DNA of 24,000 nucleotides from Pseudomonas sp. LBUM920 (GTDB lineage Bacteria; Pseudomonadota; Gammaproteobacteria; Pseudomonadales; Pseudomonadaceae): NCBI RefSeq assembly GCF_003852315.1, contig NZ_CP027762.1, positions 4,415,645 to 4,439,644 of the forward strand, read 5' to 3'. Shown piece by piece: positions 16,172 to 24,000 of this stretch (position 1 is its first letter; each line of letters starts with the position of its first letter). The notes under the pieces were generated by a model. It saw only the letters and a program-made list of their open reading frames with translations, ran no database searches and was not told where the DNA came from. The position numbers and the translations under genes were made by a program.

Positions 16172-17056
16172 CTAAGTGGCTACCAGACCACGTTCCTCCA
16201 ACAGCTTCACAAAACTGTTCAAGCTCTGCGACACCGTGCCTCGGCGCCAGATCAGCCAGGTATTGAGGATGCGGAACGCGTCACTCAGCGGCCACACACT
16301 CACCGCCGTAAACCCTGGCATGCTCTCCAGCATGCTGCGTGGCATCAGCGCCAGGCCGGCCCCGGCACTGACGCAGGCGAGCATGCCGTGATAAGACTCC
16401 ATTTCAAAGATCTTGCCCGGCACCGCGCCATCCTGTGAGAACCAGCGCTCGAAGTGATGGCGATACGAGCAGTTCGAGCGAAACGTATAGATGCTCTCCC
16501 CCGCCACATCCTGCCCGCGCGTGATCGGCGCATGGTGCAGCGGCGCAATGACCACCATCTCCTCCTCAAACACCGGCACGCCTTCCAGCGTGGCATGCAG
16601 CACCGGCCCGTCGACAAACGCGGCCGCCAGGCGTCCCGACAACACACCCTCGATCATCGTGCCGGACGGCCCGGTGCTCAGGTCCAGCTCGACCTTGGCG
16701 TGCTTCTGGTTATACGCCGCGAGCAACGCCGGAATGCGCACCGCGGCCGTGCTCTCCAGCGAACCCAGCGCAAACGCGCCCTGGGGCTCCTCCCCCGCCA
16801 CCGTGGCGCGGGCTTCCTGCACCAGATCAAGAATGCGCCGCGTGTAGCCGAGGAAATTCCACCCGGCCGGCGACAGGCGCAGGCGGCTCTTCTCACGGAT
16901 AAACAACTCAACGCCCAGGTCCTGCTCCAGTTGCTTGATGCGCGTGGTCAGGTTCGACGGCACGCGATGAATCAACTGCGCGGCGGCGCTGATGCTGCCT
17001 TGCTCGGCAACGGCCTTGAAGATTTCCAGCTGCACCAGGTCCAAGTCATTCTCCAA
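16172..17056 (-). CDS. LysR family transcriptional regulator (YneJ-like, divergent from sad)
   Basis: 294 aa with an N-terminal LysR HTH ([42 protein letters not shown]). The only in-frame start is TTG (complement of 17054-17056). The divergent arrangement with an aldehyde dehydrogenase mirrors E. coli yneJ-yneI. Confidence 0.85.
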   Translation of the reverse strand: MENDLDLVQLEIFKAVAEQGSISAAAQLIHRVPSNLTTRIKQLEQDLGVELFIREKSRLRLSPAGWNFLGYTRRILDLVQEARATVAGEEPQGAFALGSLESTAAVRIPALLAAYNQKHAKVELDLSTGPSGTMIEGVLSGRLAAAFVDGPVLHATLEGVPVFEEEMVVIAPLHHAPITRGQDVAGESIYTFRSNCSYRHHFERWFSQDGAVPGKIFEMESYHGMLACVSAGAGLALMPRSMLESMPGFTAVSVWPLSDAFRILNTWLIWRRGTVSQSLNSFVKLLEERGLVAT

Positions 17057-17059
17057 TCG

Positions 17060-17084
17060 TGAATGTATTGCTTAATATTATTCA
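17060..17084. promoter_or_regulatory. Inverted repeat in the lysR/sad intergenic region (possible LysR binding site)
   Basis: TGAAT-N15-ATTCA in an AT-rich stretch directly upstream of the lysR start. This is position-based inference only. Confidence 0.3.
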
Positions 17085-17146
17085 GTTTCCAGAAAACATG
17101 CAGCCCCGTAGGCTGAACCCATCCACTCATTCAGCCGGACGGTGCC

Positions 17147-18538
17147 ATGAACGCTATCACTCACCAGACTCACGCCTTGTCGATCAACCCCGCCACTGGC
17201 GAAACAGTCGGCAGCTACCCTTACGAAACCGAGGCGCAGTTGGACGCGGCGCTTAATCGCGCCACTGAGGCCTTCCGCACCTGGCGCCGCCAACCAGTAA
17301 GCCAGCGCGCCGAGTTGTTGCTGGCCCTGGCCGCTGCGTTGCGTGAGCAAGCCGAAGACATGGCGCAGATGATCACCCTGGAAATGGGCAAACCCATCGC
17401 CCAGGCCCGTGCCGAAATCGAAAAATGCGCGCAACTCAGCGAATGGTATGCCGCCCACGGCCCGGCCATGCTCGCCCCGGAGCCGACGCTGGTGGACAAC
17501 GGCAGCGCCCAGATCGAATACCGCCCACTGGGCCCGATCCTCGCCGTCATGCCGTGGAACTTCCCGGTGTGGCAAGTGCTGCGCGGCGCCGTGCCGACCC
17601 TGCTCGCCGGCAACACCTACGTGCTCAAACATGCACCCAACGTGATGGGCAGTGCCTACCTGATGAAGGCGGCGTTTCAAAAAGCCGGCTTCGCCGATGG
17701 CCTGTTTGAAGTGGCCAACGTGACCAACGAAGGCGTGTCCAAGGCCATCGCCGACCCACGCATCGCCGCAGTCACCCTCACCGGCAGCGTGCGCGCCGGC
17801 GCCGCCATCGGCTCTCAGGCCGGCGCTGCGCTGAAGAAATGCGTGCTGGAACTGGGCGGCTCCGACCCGTTCATCGTGCTCAACGACGCCGACCTCGACG
17901 CCGCCGTCCAGGCCGCCGTGATCGGGCGTTTCCAGAACAGCGGCCAAGTCTGCGCTGCCGCCAAGCGCCTGATCATCGAAGAAGGTGTGGTGCAAGCCTT
18001 TACCGCCAAATTCCTCGCCGCCAGCCGCGCCCTGGTGATGGGCGACCCGACCGACACCAGCACCTACGTCGGCCCAATGGCCCGCTTCGACCTGCGCGAC
18101 GAACTGCACGGCCAGGTGCAGGCCACGTTGGAAGAAGGCGCAACCCTGCTGCTGGGCGGCAACAAAGTCGCCGGTGCCGGCAACTACTACGAACCGACCG
18201 TGCTGGCCGACGTCACCGACCAGATGACCTCGTTCAAACAGGAACTGTTCGGCCCCGTGGCCTCGATCATCACCGCCCGCGATGCCGACCACGCCGTGGC
18301 CCTGGCCAACGACAGCGAATTCGGCCTCACAGCAAGCATCTTCACCACCGACGCGGTGAAGGCACGGGATATCACCAACCAGCTGGAAACTGGCGCAGTA
18401 TTCGTCAACTCGTTCAGCGTGTCCGACCCGCGCGTAGCGTTTGGTGGAGTGAAAAAGAGTGGGTTCGGGCGCGAACTGTCCCACTTTGGCGTACGTGAAT
18501 TCTGCAACGCACAGACCGTATGGCTGGATCGCAAATAA
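17147..18538 (+). CDS. sad: NAD(P)+-dependent succinate-semialdehyde dehydrogenase (Sad/YneI-like aldehyde dehydrogenase)
   Basis: 463 aa, collinear with E. coli YneI as I recall it (SINPATGE, MPWNFPxWQV, LKKCVLELGGSDPFIVL, catalytic QVCAAAKR, EFGL, C-terminal FGGVKKSGFGRELSHFGxxEFCNxQTVW). Confidence 0.88.
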   Translation: MNAITHQTHALSINPATGETVGSYPYETEAQLDAALNRATEAFRTWRRQPVSQRAELLLALAAALREQAEDMAQMITLEMGKPIAQARAEIEKCAQLSEWYAAHGPAMLAPEPTLVDNGSAQIEYRPLGPILAVMPWNFPVWQVLRGAVPTLLAGNTYVLKHAPNVMGSAYLMKAAFQKAGFADGLFEVANVTNEGVSKAIADPRIAAVTLTGSVRAGAAIGSQAGAALKKCVLELGGSDPFIVLNDADLDAAVQAAVIGRFQNSGQVCAAAKRLIIEEGVVQAFTAKFLAASRALVMGDPTDTSTYVGPMARFDLRDELHGQVQATLEEGATLLLGGNKVAGAGNYYEPTVLADVTDQMTSFKQELFGPVASIITARDADHAVALANDSEFGLTASIFTTDAVKARDITNQLETGAVFVNSFSVSDPRVAFGGVKKSGFGRELSHFGVREFCNAQTVWLDRK

Positions 18539-19760
18539 AACAGGCAACACCCCATCAACTGTGGGAGCTGGCTTGCCTGCGATAGCGGTGCATCAGTGAC
18601 AACTCTTTGGCTGACACACTGCAATCGCAGGCAAGCCAGCTCCCACCTTTGATCTGCGGAGTGTGTGGCCGTGCGTAATTCTGCAACGCACAGACTGTAT
18701 GGCTGGATCGCAACTAAAACAGGCAACCCCCCATCAACTGTGGGAGCTGGCTTGCCTGCGATAGCGGTGGATCAGTGACAACTCTTTGGCTGACACACTG
18801 CAATCGCAGGCAAGCCAGCTCCCACCTTTGATCTTCGGTGTTTGTAGCCGCGCGTGAATTCTGCAACGCGCAGACTGTGTGGCTGGATCGCAAATAAACA
18901 GGCAACACCCTTCAACTGTGGGAGCTGGCTTGCCTGCAATAGCGGTGGATCAGTGACAACTCTTTGGCTGACACACTGCAATCGCAGGCAAGCCAGCTCC
19001 CACCTTTGATCTTCGGTGTTTGTAGCCGTGCGTGAATTCTGCAACGCACAGACCGTGTGGCTGGATCGCAAATAAAACAGGCAACACCCTTCAACGGTGG
19101 GAGCTGGCTTGCCTGCGATGGCGGTGGATCAGTGACAACTCTTTGGCTGACACACTGCAATCGCAGGCAAGCCAGCTCCCACCTTTGATCTGCGGTGTTT
19201 GTGGCCGTGCGTGAATTCTGCAACGCGCAGACCTTATGGCTGGATCGCAACTAAAACAGGCAACGCCCTCCAACTGTGGGAGCTGGCTTGCCTGCGATAG
19301 CGGTGCATCAGTAGGCAAATTTGTCGACTGACAGACCGCATTCGCGAGCAAGCCCGCTCCCACCTTTGATTTGCGGTGTTTGTGGCCGTGCGTGAATTCT
19401 GCAACGCGCAGACCGTGTGGCTGGATCGCAACTAAAACAGGCAACACCCTTCAACTGTGGGAGCTGGCTTGCCTGCGATAGCGGTGCATCAGTGACAACT
19501 CTTTGGCTGACACACTGCAATCGCAGGCAAGCCAGCTCCCACCTTTGATTTGCGGAGTGTGTGGCCGTGCGTGAATTCTGCAACGCACAGACCGTGTGGC
19601 CGGATCGCAAATAAAACAGGCAACACCCTTCAACTGTGGGAGCGGGCTTGCTCGCGAAGGCGGTGCTTCAGTTGGCAAATTTGTCGACCGACAGACTGCA
19701 TTCGCGAGCAAGCCCGCTCCCACTCAAGCCAGCTCCCACCTTTGATCTGCGGTGTTTGTG
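18494..19760. repeat. Seven-unit tandem array (178-181 bp period): sad 3'-end copy plus REPIN
   Basis: CGTGAATTCTGCAACGC recurs at 18494, 18674 (with a 1-nt deletion), 18853, 19031, 19210, 19391 and 19570. Each unit holds a copy of the last ~15 sad codons with stop, then AACAGGCAACACCC, a REPIN, and CTTTGATCTGCGGTGTTTGTGGCCGTG. REPINs lie at 18561-18646, 18740-18825, 18918-19003, 19097-19182, 19276-19363, 19457-19542 and 19636-19723, plus a REP remnant to 19739. Confidence 0.9.
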
Positions 19761-19762
19761 GA

Positions 19763-20155
19763 TTAGTCCACAGTGACCTTTCCAGTTGAAAACTCGACCT
19801 TCAAATTAAGCCTCCCTTCATTCACCAACCACGGCCGAATCGAAAACCTGCGCGCACCGCACTGATGCATCGGGTCTTGCGCGGCGATGGCCTTGGCATG
19901 CTCAAGCGACGTTGCACGAATCACAAACATGCCGTCGCCGTCCCAATACTGCTCATCCTCACTCCAATGCGGCCCGGCGGCGACGAGGATACCGTCGCGC
20001 TCGATCTGGCATTGATGCTCGAGGTGAATCGGCAGGTTCTGCATCACCGGGCCAAGCCCGTCGGTTGGCGTTGAAAACACTACATAGAACTGCTTTTGCA
20101 GCATGCCCTTACTCGCATCCAGCACTTGCTGACGCGTTACCCGGTTTGTTTGCAT
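19763..20155 (-). CDS. YciI-like family protein
   Basis: FYVVFSTP...HLEHQCQIERDGILVAAGPHW...GMFVIRATSLEHAKAIAAQDPMHQCGARRFSIRPW fits the YciI/DGPF pattern. ATG 20153-20155 gives 130 aa. The listed start 20239 is a TTG adding 28 aa. Confidence 0.65.
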   Translation of the reverse strand: MQTNRVTRQQVLDASKGMLQKQFYVVFSTPTDGLGPVMQNLPIHLEHQCQIERDGILVAAGPHWSEDEQYWDGDGMFVIRATSLEHAKAIAAQDPMHQCGARRFSIRPWLVNEGRLNLKVEFSTGKVTVD

Positions 20156-20290
20156 GGGTTTACCTGTAGGAATATCGACGTAGTAGCGCAGGCGTTTTGG
20201 CACCGCGTGTCGTGGAGCATTCCCTATCAGCCAGGGCAAGCAGTAGGCCGGTCGCAGGCATAAACCTTATGCCGGGCAGGAATACACGAG

Positions 20291-21310
20291 TCAGCCGTTC
20301 AACAACGGCAGCGTCACCACAAACTCACTGCCCTTGCCCTTGCCCGCGCTTTTGGCGGTGACCTTGCCGCCATGTGCTTCAACCAGCTCGCGCACCACCG
20401 TGAGCCCGATCCCCAAGCCCGAGCCGTTGAAGCCGATGGCGTGTTCATCCTGCACGTAAGGGTCAAAGATCAGCGGCAGTGCCTTGGCTGAAACGCCGAT
20501 GCCGTTGTCACAAATGCTGATCCTCAGCGCGTCCGTCGCGGTCACAGACAGCACAATCGAGCCACCCACCGGCGTGTACTTGGCCGCGTTGGCCAGCAGG
20601 TTGTGCAGAATCTGCGCAAGGCGCCCGGGGTCTGCGCTCACCATCAGTTGGCCGTCAGGCAGGTGGGCATCAAATTGCTGTCTTTTCGCCCGCATCACCG
20701 GGCCGCAGGCATCAATGGCACTTCTAAGGATCTGCAGCATGTCCACATCGCGTCGATCGATGCGCAGCTTGCCGGTGCTGACGCGGGACACGTCCAGCAA
20801 GTCGTCGACCAACTGTGAAATATGCTGCACCTGACCTTCAATCAGCGCACGCATGCGCGGCAGCTGGTCGCTGGGCATGCGAACCATGCGCTCGGCGATC
20901 ATGCTGATCGGCGTCAATGGGTTGCGCAGCTCATGCGCCACCATCGCCAGGATGCTTTTCTGCTGACTCAACGCGCGCTCGGCCGTGGCCTGCAGGTCTT
21001 GCGCACTGAGGGCCGCGATCACCAACTGCGCATTCGCCTCGCGAAGCTCCTGGTACAGGCGTTGTTCCTCCATGGGCGGCGGGCTGGCGGCGTCCGACTG
21101 CGCAAGGAGGATCGCCAGCACCAACTGCTGGTTAGCTTCAATCACCTGCTCGACGTGCTGGGTATCCACCAGACGGCTGCTGGCGTCAGTCAGTTGCTGC
21201 TGCAGCGCCGCGAGCGCCGCACGCGCCTCAACGGTTTTTTGGCCAATGAGGAACAGCTCGTGAGCCGCCGTGGTCAGCTCACTTTCATGCTTGCCGTCGC
21301 CGCCACTCAT
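20291..21310 (-). CDS. Soluble sensor histidine kinase (coiled-coil N-terminus, HisKA + HATPase_c)
   Basis: H-box MVAHELRNPLTPI, N-box HNLLANAAKYT, G1 DNGIG, G2 GSGLGIGL. There are no TM segments and the first ~110 aa are heptad-like. The start is 9 nt after the KaiC-like stop. Confidence 0.88.
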   Translation of the reverse strand: MSGGDGKHESELTTAAHELFLIGQKTVEARAALAALQQQLTDASSRLVDTQHVEQVIEANQQLVLAILLAQSDAASPPPMEEQRLYQELREANAQLVIAALSAQDLQATAERALSQQKSILAMVAHELRNPLTPISMIAERMVRMPSDQLPRMRALIEGQVQHISQLVDDLLDVSRVSTGKLRIDRRDVDMLQILRSAIDACGPVMRAKRQQFDAHLPDGQLMVSADPGRLAQILHNLLANAAKYTPVGGSIVLSVTATDALRISICDNGIGVSAKALPLIFDPYVQDEHAIGFNGSGLGIGLTVVRELVEAHGGKVTAKSAGKGKGSEFVVTLPLLNG

Positions 21311-21319
21311 GAGTCGGGC

Positions 21320-22786
21320 TCACACATGTTTGGTTTTCGCCGAAACCTGCCGGGTCGGGTGCCCACCCAGCAACCCTTCCTGCTCCGGCAGCATGTCGCG
21401 AATCTGCAGGCCGTTATCGTCGATGTGGTACTGGCGCAGTTGGTCGGAGTGGGCGCTGGCGCGCACCTTGACCACGGCCATGATGCGCAGTAACCGGCTC
21501 TGCACCTCGATATAGCGCTGCACGATGATCGCGTCGGTCAGAAACGCCGTGCCATAAGGGCTGAAGCGCAGGTCGGTGTAACGGTCTTCGAGCTCCGAGG
21601 TCATCAACACGCTGACCCCAACGGCAGTCAGCGCCGTCACCATGCGTGACAGCGACTCGCGAAAATCCGCACGGAAGGTAGGCGCCAACGCCAGTTCAAA
21701 GCCTGACAGCGAGTCAATCACTACACGGGTGGCGTTCAACCGGCTGATTTCACCGAGCAGCAGCTGCACGATTTCGTCGATGGACAGGTCCGGCGCGCGG
21801 CTGTCCACCAGGCCCACTTTCCCGCTCTTGATCAACTCGGCCAATTGCGGGTTCTGCGAATGGTTGGGCCGTTGCTCGAACGCCGCAATCACCCCGGTTT
21901 CGCCGTTGCGCGCGCCTTCAGCGAGGAAGGTCGCCGCCAGGATGCTCTTGCCCGAGCCGGACGGGCCGGCCACCAATAGCGAATAACCCCGAGGCAGGCC
22001 GCCGCCGAGCATCTCATCGAGCGCCGGCACGCCCATTTTCAGACGGGTGATCGGGAACGTCGACGGCGCTTCAACCAGACGGTTGACGGCGGCCGGCGGG
22101 AACACCTTGACCCCCGAGGTGGCAATACGAAAGGTGTGCAACCCCGGCAACGTCGGTTGGCCGCGCATCTTCATGATTTCCATCTTGCGCACCATCGAAT
22201 TGCGCTCAACGCTCTGGCGCAGCCAGATCAGGCCATCGGCCACGGTGAAAATCGGATTGGTGTCGGTCTCGGTGAAGTATTCGCCGATCAGGAAGGTGGT
22301 CGCCTGCCACGTGGTCATCAACATGCCCAATTGCTGGATGAACTGCGGCAGGTTGTTGTTCGGGTTGTGCTGGGTCTGGCTGGCCAGCACCACGGAGCGG
22401 AACGAATCGACAAACACCAGCGACGGCGAATGCGCCTCGACCTCGCTGACAATGCGCCGCAGTACCTCGTCCAGGTCGCCCGCCAGGGTGTCGTCGGCCA
22501 GGTTGATATAACGAATCGACCGGTTAATGGCAGCGTCGTCGAAAAAATCGAATTGCTGCTGGTAGCGCAGCATCTTCAGCGGCGGCTCACCGAGCACGGT
22601 AAAGAACAGCGCCGGGCGCTCCGGCGTGGCCAGGGCGAACATCATCTGGTGCGCGAGGGTGGTTTTGCCGCAGCCTGGCGGGCCGGCGATCAGGTTGAAC
22701 GAAAACTCCGGCAGGCCACCGCCCAGGACCTCGTCCAGTCCTGGCACACCCGTGGCCAGACGGTTGATAGTCACTTTGGTGCTCAT
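21320..22786 (-). CDS. KaiC-like double RecA/DnaB-superfamily ATPase
   Basis: Two KaiC-type domains each have a Walker A (GPPGCGKT, GPSGSGKS) preceded by GVPGLDEVLGGGLP / GVPALDEMLGGGLP. The C-terminal LTDAIIVQRYIEVQSRLLRIMAVVKVRASAHSD aligns with KaiC ITDTIILLQYVEIRGEMSRAINVFKMRGSWHD. ATG 22784-22786 has AGGAAA upstream. The listed start 22831 is a GTG. Confidence 0.88.
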   Translation of the reverse strand: MSTKVTINRLATGVPGLDEVLGGGLPEFSFNLIAGPPGCGKTTLAHQMMFALATPERPALFFTVLGEPPLKMLRYQQQFDFFDDAAINRSIRYINLADDTLAGDLDEVLRRIVSEVEAHSPSLVFVDSFRSVVLASQTQHNPNNNLPQFIQQLGMLMTTWQATTFLIGEYFTETDTNPIFTVADGLIWLRQSVERNSMVRKMEIMKMRGQPTLPGLHTFRIATSGVKVFPPAAVNRLVEAPSTFPITRLKMGVPALDEMLGGGLPRGYSLLVAGPSGSGKSILAATFLAEGARNGETGVIAAFEQRPNHSQNPQLAELIKSGKVGLVDSRAPDLSIDEIVQLLLGEISRLNATRVVIDSLSGFELALAPTFRADFRESLSRMVTALTAVGVSVLMTSELEDRYTDLRFSPYGTAFLTDAIIVQRYIEVQSRLLRIMAVVKVRASAHSDQLRQYHIDDNGLQIRDMLPEQEGLLGGHPTRQVSAKTKHV

Positions 22787-23217
22787 GGCGAAATTTCCTG
22801 CGAAGAGGTGTCGCTCGAAGAAGGCTGCCACACGCCAACCAGCAGACGTGCGGTGAGTGAAGGCCCGATCAGCGTGGTCAGAAGCTCGTAGAGGGTAGTC
22901 AGCAACACCTCACCGAAAAACAGCGCATCGGTTTCGTTCTGCTCGACGAGTACGGATTTGAGGGCAATCAAGTCCATCGCGGCCGGCACCCTGTCATAGG
23001 TGGCGGCCAGGCGTGGATGGGTCGAGACGCACAGATGGAAGCTGCGACGGTACAGCGCGGCAACGCCTTGCTGGCCGATGATGGGCGCCAGTGCTGCGCC
23101 CACATCCTGCAAAATCGAAACAACTGCCGCGGCGATGCTTGCAGTGTCAGCCTGCGGACCAACACGGTGCGCCAGAGAAGCTACGATCCGGCGGCTCTCT
23201 TCGCTAAGCGTGGGCAT
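22783..23217 (-). CDS. Hypothetical helical protein, first gene of the KaiC-like operon (144 aa)
   Basis: ATG 23215-23217. Its TGA overlaps the KaiC-like ATG (ATGA at 22783-22786), implying translational coupling. It is Ala/Leu-rich with no motif I recognise, and it is not KaiA- or KaiB-like by eye. Confidence 0.6.
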   Translation of the reverse strand: MPTLSEESRRIVASLAHRVGPQADTASIAAAVVSILQDVGAALAPIIGQQGVAALYRRSFHLCVSTHPRLAATYDRVPAAMDLIALKSVLVEQNETDALFFGEVLLTTLYELLTTLIGPSLTARLLVGVWQPSSSDTSSQEISP

Positions 23218-23339
23218 GTCTGACTAATATCTGATGAACAGAGACCGATGGTACACCCTATATCCGGAGATAGAGACCCCGGCGGCCTGCCAATTGCGCA
23301 TGGACAGGCTCCCCCTTGCGGGCATGATCGACTACCATA

Positions 23340-23510
23340 ACGCGCCGGTTCCCACACGGGACTAATAGGGAATCCGAAGCGCGTTCATTGCGCCAATCGG
23401 AACTGCCCCCGCAACTGTAGGTGCTGAGCCTGCTCCACATCGCCACTGGACATTGCCCGGGAAGGCCGGAGCGTGGCGACGACGCATCAGTCAGGAGACC
23501 TGCCGGCCCA
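23340..23510 (+). promoter_or_regulatory. Cobalamin (B12) riboswitch
   Basis: Conserved core elements appear in order: AATAGGGAATCCG, CTGCCCCCGCAACTGTA, GCCACTGG...CCGGGAAGGC, and the B12 box AGTCAGGAGACCTGCC (23489-23504). It lies upstream of the binding-protein gene at 23638. Confidence 0.85.
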
Positions 23511-23637
23511 GCAAAATCACTAACCGGCGGGGTGTCCGGGAAGTACCTCCGCGCCCTGCGATGCCCGCAGCGCTACAGGGTGTATTTCCGAGCCGTACCT
23601 CCCCAGTTCCACGTACGGTTTACCCGGAGATTGCCCG

Positions 23638-24000
23638 ATGCTGCCACGCGTTACTGCCCTGATCACCGCCCTGGGCTTTTGTGCCCTGGCCCAAGCGGCG
23701 CCCACTCACTACCCGCTGACGGTGCAGAACTGCGGCAGCACCTTGACCTTTGAGCAGGCGCCTGCGCGCACGGTGACCATCGGCCAGGCCGCCACCGAAA
23801 TGCTCTACGCCCTGGGCGTCGGCGACAAAGTGGTCGGCACCTCGCTGTGGTTCAACAACGTATTGCCACAATACAAGGCGCAGAACGACGCCATTGAGCG
23901 CCTGGCCAACAACGAACCCAGCTTCGAAGCGGTGATCGCCAAGCGCCCGCAGCTGGTGGCCGCCGAGCTGGAATGGGTGGTGGGCCCGCAAGGTGTGGTC
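23638..24000 (+). CDS. ABC-transporter periplasmic substrate-binding protein, cobalamin/iron-siderophore (BtuF/FecB) type; 3' end outside window
   Basis: This ORF is not in the track because no stop falls in the window. It has GGAGA 8 nt upstream of ATG 23638 and a signal peptide (MLPRVTALITALGFCALAQA). The mature part reads TVTIGQAATEMLYALGVGDKVVGTS...NEPSFEAVIAKRPQLV, typical of the family, and the gene is B12-riboswitch controlled. Confidence 0.8.
   Translation, partial: MLPRVTALITALGFCALAQAAPTHYPLTVQNCGSTLTFEQAPARTVTIGQAATEMLYALGVGDKVVGTSLWFNNVLPQYKAQNDAIERLANNEPSFEAVIAKRPQLVAAELEWVVGPQGVV

Noticed and set aside
18187-19723. Family of minus-strand ORFs (60-179 aa) with near-identical sequences (MRSSHTVCALQNSRTATNT...ELACLRLQCVSQRVV...) across the array
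   Set aside because: They are translations of the tandem repeat itself. They overlap each other in different frames, lack RBSs and simply mirror REPIN periodicity.
18540-19760. Regularly spaced ~179-bp repeats that could be mistaken for a CRISPR array
   Set aside because: The sequence between the palindromic elements is itself repeated in every unit, so there are no unique spacers. The period is far too long, the repeats are REPIN-type inverted pairs, and no cas genes are nearby.
23258-23991. ORFs 23258..23446-, 23421..23753+, 23453..23662+, 23520..23705- and 23620..23991-
   Set aside because: They overlap the cobalamin riboswitch leader or are antisense or out of frame to the binding-protein gene that starts at 23638.

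Overview
GC-rich Pseudomonas chromosome segment. The P. fluorescens-group assignment rests on GTGGGAGCTGGCTTGCCTGCGAT-type REP/REPIN elements and on gltX-tRNA-uvrB-aminotransferase synteny. Most of the window is core. It holds a 5'-truncated PAS-GGDEF-EAL gene, dusC, a tetR-hydrolase-thioesterase operon and a duplicated tRNA-Ala/tRNA-Glu operon. It also holds gltX, uvrB, an AspC/TyrB-type aminotransferase, a lysR/sad (yneJ/yneI-like) pair, a YciI-like gene, and a cobalamin riboswitch in front of a periplasmic binding protein gene that runs off the 3' end. Four loci stand out. (1) A ~3.7 kb insert (2259-5802, minus strand) carries a good HrpL/RspL-type hrp-box promoter. It drives three unannotatable genes whose N-termini look like type III secretion substrates. 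Two of them carry three copies in total of a papain-like Q-x5-C...H-x9-[DE]-x-[WY]-G domain, and one copy is degenerate. (2) A stand-alone 186-aa zinc deaminase (9077-9637) has an AID/APOBEC-like HAExxF...SPCxxC signature and lies divergent from the tetR gene across a perfect AT-rich palindrome. (3) A ~1.27 kb, 7-unit tandem array (18494-19760) has ~179-bp units, each made of a copy of the last ~15 codons plus stop of the sad gene and a REPIN. (4) A translationally coupled operon (20291-23217) encodes an orphan 144-aa protein, a double-domain KaiC-like ATPase and a soluble histidine kinase. All calls rest on reading the sequence and on hand alignment to remembered family motifs. No database search was run.
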